A stretch of DNA of 62,129 nucleotides, the filler included. It is 11 parts of 11 records of this genome, joined end to end, with 100 filler letters (N's around TTAATTAATTAA, not from the genome) between each part and the next. Parts side by side here need not be neighbours in the genome. Positions count along the whole stretch, not along the records: positions 1 to 4,317 come from SRR7504441_4864; positions 4,418 to 8,216 come from SRR7504441_4868; positions 8,317 to 12,726 come from SRR7504441_4873; 8 more parts are not named here. One strand, 5' to 3'. Positions 1-11,300 of this stretch are shown piece after piece (position 1 is the first letter of the stretch; each line of letters begins with the position of its first letter). Both the position numbers and the translations under genes were made by a program. The notes under the pieces were generated by a model. It searched no databases, had not been told where the DNA came from, and saw only the letters and a program-made list of their open reading frames with translations.

Positions 1-591
1 AGCAGCGGGACGCGCTGCACCCCACTGGCACCCCGGCAGCTGCGATCCGAAGTTTGGAACTGGACTTTCTCTAACGGCGAAGTCAAAAATGGTGAGACAG
101 GTGCGGCTCGTGAGTCGGGCGGGTGGCGGGGCGGTGAGGGGGCGGCCCCACCGCCTGGCGAGCGAGTGGCTGGTCCGGACCGGCACGGGGCCACGGGGCC
201 TCTGCCTGTTTAATTATTATTTGAGGCCGGCGCGCGTGGCGCCGGCGTCAACGTGTTTAGGGTGTCTAGGTCAGTTTACTGATCATTATTTGACCCATCT
301 CGAGCCTGACTTAATTAAGCCTGACTCCGAAGGTTAGGAGCGTTGGAGCATCCCAAATCGGTGATTCGGGGCTCTGCATAGGCGATAACAACTCAAAAAT
401 AAGCAAAATACCATGCACGATCATGATACGATCATGATAGTAAACAGGAAGCTCAGGGTAGACAGCGAGGTTGGACCGAGCGGCTACGCAGGCTATGTGT
501 TCACCTTGTGGTGTGTCCATGACGCCATGGTAGGCCCCGCCTTCCAAGAACACCCGCTCCACCCGGCTTCAATAAAATTAATGTACAGTAT

Positions 592-3254
592 CTATCCAAC
601 ACTTTTGACCAATGCAGCCTGGCTGACCCGTGTGCCATCAAACGGCACACTCACTTGCCACACTCCCTCTGCATTACGTTGCGCACTGGGCAGCACAGTC
701 CACATGCCGGCTTGCTCGCCAGGATAGCTCACTTGCCAAGCCCGCACGTTAGCAGGAACAGCCCTCAACAGCAAAGTGACTGAGCTCGTGTTGCAGAGAG
801 CCACCGGATAAATCAGCGTGCCATTCGAGAGAGTGAAGCTGTTGGCCACAGCCGAGCTCGGAGCGGGACCGGGCTTGATGCGCACGGCATGGGCTGCCAG
901 GTTGTACTGCTTGCCTTGCAAGGCAGCAAATAGAGGGCCGTAGTCCGCATAGTAGCTGGCAGTGCGATTGTCGTACGTGATGCAGTGGTCAGTGTTGGGG
1001 ATGGGAGCCATCGGGTAAACTCCGAGATACAGTCGACTGCCACCCTCATGAGCCGCATCGGGGCAGCACTGACCGTTGGAAGTAGATGTCGCTCAGCGCG
1101 CGGGTAGAGCAGCACTCGGCTGCATTACTTGTCCACATAATGTTCACCATCCCCCCCGCGCCCAGCAGCCCGACCGCGTTGATGGCCTTCCCTTCAGAGA
1201 ACGTACCGTCATAATCTGCCACACCAGATACACAATCACAGGTTGCATCGCTGCTCTGAGCTCACCCGACATAAAAGATAACGACGAGTAGCCGAGCGAG
1301 TTCATCAGCATAATTCGCTCCCTTCCAAGCACAGCACGCAGCCCGGAAATCACCTCTAGATAGCTCCGCTTGAGCGACCAGCTTTGGTTGCTGTCATTGG
1401 CGAGCGTCACCCCGTCGTCATGTTCAAGATTATAGAACCTGCGGCCTCCATCAGTACGCAGGGCACGCCAATGATGATTTGCCTGGCGTAGTCACTCCGA
1501 TCGACCACCACGCCCTGAAAGTGTGGAATGAGGGCCAGCCGACGCTTGGTCTGAGCAACCAGCTCCGCCTTGTAGCTAGGCTGCCCAGGGTCCATGAGGA
1601 TCCCTCCGTCCCATGCCCCTTGATTCGGCGCCACCTTGCCGTCCTGGGCGTTCCAGTTGACACGCAGGATGCTGTCAGACAGCCGATTTTGCGCATACAG
1701 CGTGGCATTCCTATAGTCGTCCGGCTTGGGCTCAGACGGATCCCCAGCGGCGTGGCCTCGCACGTTCATCCCGAATTCAAATACGTTCATATAAGACAAG
1801 GTGGCAAACCCGAGCGACTGCACTGTGGCGTACAGAGCGTCGATCGAGTCAGGCCCCTCGGTGTACGATACATTGTATGTGAGCCTGCCGCCTCCGTCTC
1901 CGAAAGGGTTCCACCTGTTGAGCCACTGGCTCGGGGCGCCATCAGCTATCGGCGGAGCGTACATGCCCATATAGTGGTAGAACCGGCCACTCAAGTCCCA
2001 GTTCACCTTGTAATTCATTCTGTTGATCACCGGCAGCTTAAGCAGTGCCGCACCGCTGTCGTCTCCCAGCTGCGGGATAGGGTAAGAGCCGTACGAGCCC
2101 AGCCCGTCCACCTTGGCTACGACCTCAGCCAGCGCCACGGGGCTCCACTGGCGCGGGTACCGCCTTACGTGGAACCCCAGCGCAGCCCGCCAGCATGCTT
2201 GATGCGCTACCAGATGCGCACTGAATCGCTGGCTGCCGATCTTGATGTTGCTGCGCACCCAGGAGAAGCCTGCTGCCGCAGTTGACTGCAGCCCGTCCAG
2301 TCTGTGCTCGGCCCAGCTCATCCCTGGCTCGGTCGGGTCCATCTGCAGAGAGAAGCCGGTGTCGCTCGCCGGATGAAGCACAGCCACTAGCGGCGCCACC
2401 ACCATGTCCTCGTCCTTGCTACTGCCGTACACACGCCCATAGTTGTATGAAGAGTTCCAGAAGCCTCGGCCACCATCGGACGGGGCGAGCGGGTCGCGCC
2501 AGGGGTTGGACTGCGAGTAGCTCTGTCGGTCCCAGGCGGCCCACCACTGGAGCTCCTTGCTCGCCTGCTCGGGGTCAAAGCTGAGTATTGACGATAGCGG
2601 ACTAGTGAAGGGCAATCCGCGCTCACCGACAATGCTGACGTCCCATTTGACCGCATTAGGGGCGGTCGGGTCGGGGGCAAAGTGCTCCTCGATGGAGGCC
2701 ACCCCGGCCAACCGGCGCTGCACTGTGACGTTGGCGCCGCCCCTGACGGTCACTGCCCAGCCTGACGTGTTGCGCGGGTCGCCCAACGCCGTCCAGCCGG
2801 AGACCGCGAACAGATGGCTGCCCGAACGGACCTCCGCCAGCCGGCCAGTGACCCCGTCGATGACCACCGCTGCGGAGCCGTCCAGCGAGCTAACGGTCAG
2901 TGGAGTCACGACCGGCGGCTGCTGGAAGAGCGCGTGGGCGGCTGGGCGGGCGGCTGGGCGGGCAGCGGGGCGGTGGGCAACGGCATCCGCTGGGTGGCGG
3001 GCGGGATTGCAGCCGGTGGGGGTGCAGCTGGAGCCACTGGGGCAGCACCGGACCCCACCGGGGCAGCAGGTGGCGTCCGGGCCCGGACAGCAACCCCATT
3101 GGCCGGAGGCGAGCGCGCAGCAGGAGTTGCCCTCTGGGCAGGCGGCCTGGGCGCTGCACACTACGGTCCACGCCCCACCGCCGTCTGAGAAGCCACTGGC
3201 GACGCCCAGGCACCCGAGCAGCACGGCCGTTCGGGCAACCTTGGCTGCACCCAT
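592..3254 (-). CDS. Secreted protein: signal peptide + granulin domain + large glycoside-hydrolase-like (unassigned family) region; 3 introns
   Basis: ATG at 3254 gives MGAAKVARTAVLLGCLGVASG (signal-like), then CSAQAACPEGNSCCALASGQWGCCPGPDATCCPGGVRCCPSGSSCTPTGC (12-Cys granulin pattern). Introns at 1439-1482 (GC-AG, 44 nt), ~1216-1265 (50 nt) and ~1035-1071 (37 nt) join ORFs 1407-3470, 1144-1410 and 592-1011 into one frame (..VVDRSDYAR|FYNLEHDDGVT..; ..YFQR|RLYLGVYPMAPIPNTDHCI..). The GH-like call is inference. Confidence 0.75.
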
Positions 3255-3318
3255 CGGTGCCTGATGAAGCCAACGGACGACTCCCGACTGCGGGTGGAGG
3301 GTCCAGGGCAGCGGCGGT

Positions 3319-4166
3319 ATGGCGGGTGAGGACCTTGCCGGCAAGCTGGCCTTTATCTCTGGTCTGGATGCCCCGGTGCGCCCTGTGCAGTGAGGGCCTG
3401 AGGCGGTGGCCAGGTTTTGCAAGAGTTCTGCCGCCTGGCTGTGGACTTCATTCACTCGGGCCAGACCCATTCGAACAAGAAGCTCAAGAAGGCAGCAGGC
3501 ACCCCTGCGGGCACCGCCAGCGCACTAGCCGCGGGACAGACCAGCTGGGCCTGGGGGAGGAGACAGTAACAGAGGGGATCGACGCTTTGGCACACCTGTT
3601 CCTGGAGGCCGCCAAGGTGCCGGCTGTCCGATCCGGCCTGGTGAGCTCGACCGCGCAGATTGGGATGGGCCCTGCACGCTTCGCAGAATATGTGTCGGCG
3701 CTGCCGCTTCCGGCGGAGCGTCAAGAGGAGATCGGGAAGCTCCTGTACCAGGTGCGGTGCCGCAGCCAGCGCTGCAGCCCCACCCAGGTGCATCTAGACA
3801 AGCAGGAGGGGATTAGAAAAGTGCTGGAGGATCTTCGTGCTAGTTATCCGCGGTACGATAATCTCGAATGGCGGCTGGATATCCAGGTTTGCTCCAGCGC
3901 TGTTTTGTGCTCATCCCGACCAGGTGGCAAGCCGGTGCCTTCGTGACACTGTGGAACCGAGCTTTCTCATGCGGCTCGACACAAAGGATGGCGACGGTGC
4001 TGCCGACTGGCTGGCTACTGTGACGATCTGGCTGTTGGCAGAAAGCAAGTCGTATCACCTCCAAGCAGATTACGCGAACCTTGTCAATTTGTGTGATCAG
4101 CTTGAGATGGCGCTCAACTCAAAGTCGGCACCCCACTATCGCCGAATTCAAAGGATAGCGAAGTGA
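3319..4166 (+). CDS. COMMD2: COMM domain-containing protein 2 (Commander complex); 6 short introns
   Basis: Spliced product MAGEDLAGKLAFISGLDAP|VLQEFCRLAVDFI..KKAA|DQLGLGEETVTEGIDALAHLFLEAAK|..YPRYDNLEWRLDIQ|VASRCLRDTVEP..LQADYANLVNLCDQLEMAL..HYRRIQRIAK is colinear with COMMD2 (LAFL..EFGRIAVEF..YHNLEWRLDVQLASRSLR..HCRRVVRNIK). Confidence 0.92.
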
Positions 4167-4317
4167 TGATTGATGCATATGTGGAAAATCAAGGAATCTA
4201 GGTATAAAATTAATACGGCGAGGGGCTCCACTAATTTTATAATAAATAAGCAGTTAGCTATTGTCGCATGTATTGCAGAAGTATTGTTGGTTGGTGTACC
4301 TCATTACCGTATTTGAT

Positions 4318-4417
4318 NNNNNNNNNNNNNNNNNNNNNNNNNNNNNNNNNNNNNNNNNNNNTTAATTAATTAANNNNNNNNNNNNNNNNNNNNNNNNNNN
4401 NNNNNNNNNNNNNNNNN
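4318..4417. other. Artificial contig-joining spacer (N44-TTAATTAATTAA-N44)
   Basis: Identical 100-bp unit recurs ten times; core gives stops in all six frames. Confidence 0.99.
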
Positions 4418-4843
4418 GAAGCTGACCCAAGCCAAAGCTCAGGTGGCCGCCAGTCCAGCGCCGCCGATCACGGGGCCGCCCCTCGCAGGTCCGGGAGGTG
4501 GACGAGCGCGCCGACAATGCTGCAACTTAGGCCACAAGGAGACCTGCAGTCAAGGTTCCAAGGCTGTTGAGTCTGGTGACAAGGGCGAGATGGGCACTGG
4601 AGTTGCTCAGTGCATCAAGCGCCTCTCCAAACAGATGGGATTGCCATTGACAATCATCATGATGGCATCTGTTTCATCTGTAAAGAAACACGCAGCCTGC
4701 AGCGGCTGCCACAGCCCCAGCTCGCCGAAATCAGCTCCGAGATCCCGCGTGGCGCACACAGCCGGCACCGGGTTTGGCAGACCCAGCCCAGCGGCTCACC
4801 CGGCAGAGCACACCGCCAATCACTCCGAAGCTTCGCAGCTTGA
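4418..4843 (+). CDS. Possible 3' end of an intron-containing hypothetical gene
   Basis: GC-rich, GT..CAG intron-like stretches, followed by an AT-rich tract at 4855-4890; no recognisable domain. Confidence 0.25.
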
Positions 4844-4924
4844 GTGGCCACTGATGCAATAAAATAAATGTCGAAAATAATAATACTGAGGGCGACAGAA
4901 TCTCATCTCATCATCAAAATCTCA

Positions 4925-5948
4925 ATGGTGCCGTGGGCGAGGCTCGTGCTGGCGATAGCCTACCTGGGGGCGGTGGCGGCGATGGCGAGCTCCGACGGGA
5001 TCCAGGACGCGGACGTGAGCCAAGGCTGCTTGGCAAAACGAGCTCTGGGAGCATTACGACATCAAGTGGCATAAAAACACAGGAAATCAGCCACAGACAC
5101 AAGACTGGCAACAGAAGGGCGCCGTCAGTGCAGTCAACAACCAGGCTAAATGCTTTGCCTGCTACGCGTTTGCGGCATGTGGGGCAATCGAGGGAGCTGT
5201 CTGGACACACAAAAAGAAGCTTACAAGGCTTTCAGCCCAGCAGATTGTAGACTGCTCGGCCCCGAAGTCAGGCTTCATGAACCATGGTTGCAAAGGTGGA
5301 ACCATGGTGAAGTCCTACAAGTACATTATTAAGAATGGAGTCATGAAGAATTCTGACTATGGCTACCGGACTGAGCTAAATTCACAACCTCGCTGCAAAC
5401 TGATATACAGTCACTGCAAGTACGACCCTGAGCGCGTTGTCCAGCGCATTAAGGGCTATGTAAACATCCAAAAGGTGCCGCGGCCTGGCTGCAGACGTGG
5501 CCGAATAGGTGGGTTCAGGGATCGGAAACTGATCTTGAGAACGCGGTCGGACTGCGTCCTGTAAGTGCTGCTGTTGACGCGCACCACCGTCCCTTCAAAT
5601 TGTACCGCTCGGGTGTTTTCGAGCTCGCCAGCTGCACCAACCACCTGACTCACGGTCTCCTCGTGGTCGGGTACGGGGAACAGGATGGAAGGCCATTTTG
5701 GAAAGTCAAAAATTCATGGTCAGTTACCTTGTTTCATGCTTTTTGAGTCTGACTCTCTTTCCAGGGGAACGACATGGGGCCAAAATGGTTATGGGCATGT
5801 GATTCGTGGCAAGAACATGTGTGCAATTGGGAACTGGGCAAACTATCCCATGCTGCCAGATGATCAAAATCTGCCAGTAGTGGACAGCCTGGAGGAGCTT
5901 CAAGATTCGCAAGATAATGGCGATGACGATGACGAAGCAGACGAGTAA
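4925..5948 (+). CDS. Papain-family (C1A, cathepsin L-like) cysteine protease with very short pro-region and acidic tail
   Basis: Signal MVPWARLVLAIAYLGA; after an intron DWQQKGAVSAVNNQAKCFACYAF (catalytic Cys), LSAQQIVDCS, NHGCKGG, LTHGLLVVGYG (His), FWKVKNSW|GTTWGQNGY (Asn), NMCAI; introns near 5015, 5474-5517 and 5719-5765. Confidence 0.92.
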
Positions 5949-6419
5949 CCTTTAGACTACTACAATAAGTGTGGACGCGAGGTTGCAGACCGTTCATTAT
6001 GGGTTCAACTTTCTTGAGTAAAGAAATCTCGAATCTCTCGTCATGTGCATACGAATTCGTACTTATCATAAGTGATTTTTGATCGATCGATCCCATTTGT
6101 ACTCATCTCAAGTGATTTTTCATCCATTGATCCTGCGAATTGAGTTTTCGTCTTCATCACTACACAATCATGTCACTATAAAGAGCACTCATCACTACAT
6201 TGATCCCTAATTGATCCCGCCTTCTAATTACTCGCAACGGTCGTATATCTATGTACATGTCCTCTATCAGGTTTTACAATCACTACAAGTCATGTAACTC
6301 GCATGGTAATTTACCATCGATACAAGTGGCAAGTTGACACTGGTACGTCCTAGGTACGTAGCTAGTTCAGTTCAGTTGCTAAGCTTTTGCTATGCTGCTC
6401 GGGGTTCAATATGACAGTG

Positions 6420-8216
6420 TCATGCGGACCCATGTCCCTCTTCTAAGAGCCAGAGCACTGCACGATCAACACTATCCTCCTTGAGCTGCAAAGCATACGA
6501 CGCCCATCCACCAGGGAACCCCATGGCAAGCAATGCCTCCAAATGCTGCGAGCGCTGTTGCTCTGCCTCAGCAAGGCACATGCGGTAAGTGGCATCAGAA
6601 CCACCTGTCTCTTTAGCCAACTTCACAGCCTCAACTACTGCTTCGTTTGGTGGCTTGCCGCTTCCACTGCCAGTAGCACAGTGCTTGTTGCAGCACCATG
6701 GGTTCCCGCAACCCTTGGTGAGCTGCACAAAGTACTGCTTCACAAGCTTTTGTGCCCAGCTCTTTGGATCTTGGGATTCGAGCGTGTCAGGAGCCTACAT
6801 TACACAGGCCCCATATCTGTCATGCAACGCACTGAGGCTGGCTATACCTTAGTACGGCATGGCTGGCAAAGCACCACATGAGGGGAGCCGGCAAAGTTCC
6901 AATTTGGACTCGGTGCAGCATTGACATTCGGGGCAGCAACACCCCCACAGCAATTGGCACATAGCACTGGCTCCGAAGTGGGCGCAGGAACAGCTCGAGG
7001 CTGTGGGTTCATAGTCTCCTCTGGTCCCTCAGGTGGCGCTGGTGTCTCGGTTGGCTTGGTCAGAAAGTTGTGGACTGCCATGTGAGCATTCATTTCCTTC
7101 ATCATGATGTACTTGCCACAAATAGTGCAGGTTCTGTCAACAAAGGCCACCGTAAGTGTCAATCGTAGCTGATGGGCATGCGATAGGGAAGTTCTTACTC
7201 AGTACGACTACCACATGAACTCTCGTGTGCTGTCAGTCCATTCATCCTATCTCTGTGGTCTTCAGGCGGAGCACCAGCAGGAAACATGCTGCGCAACAGG
7301 AAAAATCAATTTGAACAGCGTTATTCAGTGAGACCTGCCACAAAAGCGACACACCACCTGTCGCAATGGACACTCCGATTTCTGATGATGCATCATCTGA
7401 TCCATGATGACCTCTGCTCCACAGACACAAGTGATGGGTTCATGCACCATTTGAACGTGCTTCAGCATGGCCAACTCTGACTCAAACACAAGCGGGCACT
7501 GAGGGCAATGTACATGCGTAGCTTTTTCCTGAGAAAGAGATGGATCAATGAGCTCACTTGCAGGCAAAGCTGCTACCTGCACAGGTAGCACCACGTTGCA
7601 AATTCCACAGACCCAGTTCAGGTGAACACATTGGGCAGTGTGCAGCATGAATGCACCCTCTGAGATATCCTGCTGACAATGCTCACATCTGCGCGCATCC
7701 CACAGTGACCAACCATTGCTGCCAAACTAGGCCACACACCTCCTCATGCCATCCGGTACAGGCACATGAGCTCCAAGAGCGGTGCGCTTCCGCTTGCCCC
7801 CCCCTCCATTACGCGGTACTGAGGCGGATCCTCGGCTCGCCTGGCCACGCCGAATGGGCTCACATGGCAGGCTCGAGCATACCGAGATGGTGAACTGACT
7901 CTGGCCTTGAGCGAAGCCGCGCACCGCGACGTAGAGCAACGGGGTGTTTTTCCAGACCAAACGAGGATCGTGGCTCGAGACTGTCAACGCGACCGATCCA
8001 GGCTCAATGGCGCGCCAGATGTGCTCTGAGCGCCCCGGAAAGCGTGCCGTATGAGACACGAACAGATCGGCGTCTCCGTTGGACACTGCACCAGCACACA
8101 GGCACATCATTCATAGCCAGAGGCAGTTGTTCACCTTCAAGGTTGATCACGACTGCCTCGAGCGTCTCATCTATAGGCACCTCGTAATAACAGTACTCCT
8201 CCGCATCTACAGCTCC
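6420..8216 (-). CDS. UFD1-family-like / TRAF-type zinc-finger protein with AZUL and UBA domains (5' truncated by contig end)
   Basis: GDADLFVS beta-sandwich motif, serial Zn fingers (CEHC..HTAQC, HVHCPQC..KHVQMVH, CPLRQVVCRFCG, GLTAHESSCGSRT, CTICGKYIMMKEMNAHMAVH), AZUL-like YFVQLTKGCGNPWCCNKHCATG, UBA-like LLAMGF..AL..VDRAVLWLL. The UFD1 domain itself lies outside the contig. Confidence 0.8.
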
Positions 8217-8316
8217 NNNNNNNNNNNNNNNNNNNNNNNNNNNNNNNNNNNNNNNNNNNNTTAATTAATTAANNNNNNNNNNNNNNNNNNNNNNNNNNNN
8301 NNNNNNNNNNNNNNNN
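8217..8316. other. Artificial contig-joining spacer
   Basis: N44-TTAATTAATTAA-N44. Confidence 0.99.
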
Positions 8317-8364
8317 CATGTACATGATTGTACGGTCCACGAGACAGTATGCATTTATTAGAAT

Positions 8365-11300
8365 TCAGTTTAGAAGCGGCGCGTCTAGGTCTATATCTGA
8401 GTCGAGATCCTCTACGTCCATCAGTCCAGATCCGCCTTGCCCAACCGCTAGCTCGCTTAGCAAGTCTTCATCCTCCTGCTGCTTGTGCCTAAGCAGATCG
8501 GTGGCCGTCTCAGTAGGAGAGACTTGCAACACGCGGTCGTCCTCGCCAAAGTCACGGTGCAACGTGCGTCCGCCATTAGATGCACACCGCATGTCGGGCT
8601 CGGGCTCGTCCAGCTCGGGTTCCTCCGGCTTGGGCTCCTCCAGCACCCAGTCGTTGTCTGGAATCATTTGGACAGGTGCGTCCCCGGCGGTTTGAGAGCC
8701 AGCCAGCTTCGGCGGGCAGACCAAGAGGGCTGGCTGCTCTTGCCCAACCGAACTGTCAGATACCCAAACAGAGCGGAGCCAGGACTCGTCCACCACGATC
8801 ACGCCGCCTCTTCGGGCTGCAGCACAAACGGATCCTGAGTTTGCATTACCGAGTTGCGAGTCAGTGGCTGAGCAGTTGGACACAACCATGTGGGTCACAC
8901 TTTTGGACAGGTACTTCATCACTGTGGCCCCGGCCTCGCGCGCAAAGTTCTCTACCTCCTGCTTGGTGTTGAACAGCACAAAGCCATCCCCTTTGACCAC
9001 AAGCACGATCCCAGCCAGCGAACTAGGCCGTGGCGAGCCCGACACCACCACCGCTGCTGGTTCATCTATCGGCTGCTCGCTCAAGCATTCCTCCAAGCTC
9101 CCAGCCAATCCGTTTGTGGCCGGCTGAGATACGCTGGTCTCTGCCTGAGTCTGCTGGGGAATGAGGTCCGGCGCTAATACTGGCGCATTAGCGCCGAGAA
9201 CTTTGGGAGCTGCAGCGACGAGACGAGCCGGCTTGACCGGCCTTACATCAACAAAGCAGCCTGCTTGATGCTTGGTGCCAACGTGGCTCTCATCCCGACC
9301 GCATATAGTCTTGCTAAGCTTGGGTCGCTTACTTGGCTTGCCGCTGGGCGTTACAGTGCGACGCAGGTCTGATGCTGCCAGTTGCGAGACCTGCTCCGTT
9401 GCAGAGGCTGCATTGGTGCATCGGTTGGTTGATCGTGGCGCTCGGTCTGTATCAGGATGGCAGGGAGTGTGTGGTGCTCGTGCATTTGCCATAAGACCTT
9501 CGACGATCTGAGTGAGTTGTGGATCGGCTCGCCCCTGGAGCTCCTGGACCGCATTGCTCAAGCACTGAGTAAGGGTTTCATTCCGTTGACTAAGCTCAGC
9601 AATCTGCTTGCGATGCTCCAGCTTCAGGTGGCGCACAGTCTGATTCATCTCCTTCTCACGGTCACGCATCGCTCCCTCGAGCTCCTTAAGCTGAGCTCTG
9701 AGCCTTCTGACCTCGCCTTCATCGTCCTCGTCCTCGTCCTCCGTGCGCTTCCTTCTCCTCCTCTTTGCCTCCTCTGGGCCACGCCTAATCTTTTTTCTCT
9801 CTTCGCTCTTCTGAGCAATCTTTGGCTCGTTATTGATCGGATCAGAGACCAATCCAGCTGTGGTCGGATTCCTGACTCGTCTGAGCATCGTTCCGAGGTA
9901 TTTGCCCACCGACTCGCCGGTCTTCTTTGTTTTGAACGATGTCTTCCAGTTTTTGCACACGGATCCGGCCGTTTTCTCGAAATGGGTAGTTCCAAACTGT
10001 CGCCCGTCCCTTGTGAGCACGTAAAAGGTGCCATCTTCTTGACCATGCAGGGTCCCTTCTAGACCCTGGCACACAATAGGTATTGCAATGTCAGAATAGT
10101 CAGAGTCGGACGCGTGACGATTCTTCTGTTTCTTGGTATTCTTCTGAGGCATCACGAACTCTGGATGAGATGCCAAATGTGCCTCATATAAGACTGTGAT
10201 ATCAGTCGAAGGCACAAGGAGCTGAGTCCCTTGCATCAGGCAAGCACGCTTTCTTAGACCATCGTAAATTGGCGCGTTCAGCTCGAGCAGTACCTTTTCG
10301 GGAACTCCCATTGCCACACTCAAATGCTCAATAGTCTCATTATCTGCAGCGGCGTACATGTTGAGCTCAAACCCTGGCTGTTTCACGAGCCACAGCTCCC
10401 TTGCCGCACCGCATTCTAGAGTGGAGCCTATAGGATACTCCTCGACCTGTCCGTCGTCATCGAACTTTACGTGCACTCGTCTGAGGGTCTGATGCACTAC
10501 CTGGCCACGATACAACCTGCAGCCGCACAGAACAATCAGACACGGCCCAGACTCAGCGTACCTCATATCGAACGCGGCCCATACCTCCTCACCAACGAAG
10601 CTCTGAGGGCTTTCTTTGCTGGAGTACATCCGCCTGAACAGGGAGCCCTCCTCGCGCTCTCCAGTGGCTTTCTGCTGAGATAATTGGCAATAGTCGGCGT
10701 CGCTTGCTCCCTGCAGCTGACTCAACCAATATCAAAACCCAAGGGTACCAGTTTCCAGGCTTTTGATGCCATGTCAAAATCAATTGTTGGTGCCGTGTCG
10801 GTGTCCTCCGTCTCCTCTGGCCTCGAATCCTGATGCAAGCTCTCAGCAACCAACCGCCGGTAGCTCACCTGAATCGCACTAGCCGCACACTCCTTGACGG
10901 CTAGAGAGACAACCTACAATCGAGCAGCTGGTCAGCAAGGTGTAGGTTGAACGCTGCAATCACCCCGAGAGTGCATCTCACATGAGCCCAAGTGTTAGGT
11001 TGGTGCTGCACCCTCTTCATTGCACCGCCATCTTTACCACAGATCGAGCAACAGACCCCGTGTGCCGCGCACGCACACACCTCGCACAGCCACTGGCCGC
11101 TCACATACCGAAACTCCTTTGCATACCCGCTGTAGCAGTCTCGATGCACTTGAACCCCACAGCTACAACGCCTCCACTCGTCAGTGTCGACCTCCATTCC
11201 AGCCAGCGCATCGCTTTCCACCACCCGCTCGCACACATCGCACCTGTATTTGATTGGTTCCAGCCTGGCCTTCTGCGGCTCGGCCCTCGGCTCAGCCCGA

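Noticed and set aside
50-110. Minus-strand GAGAAAGTCCAGTTCC resembling RNase P/MRP conserved region I
   Set aside because: The partner CR-V would lie outside the window and no P1-P3 helices could be built; cannot be supported.
440-490. AGGTTGGACCGAGCGG resembling SRP RNA helix 8
   Set aside because: Lacks the GNRA tetraloop and AGCAG pattern, and there is no Alu-domain 5' end.
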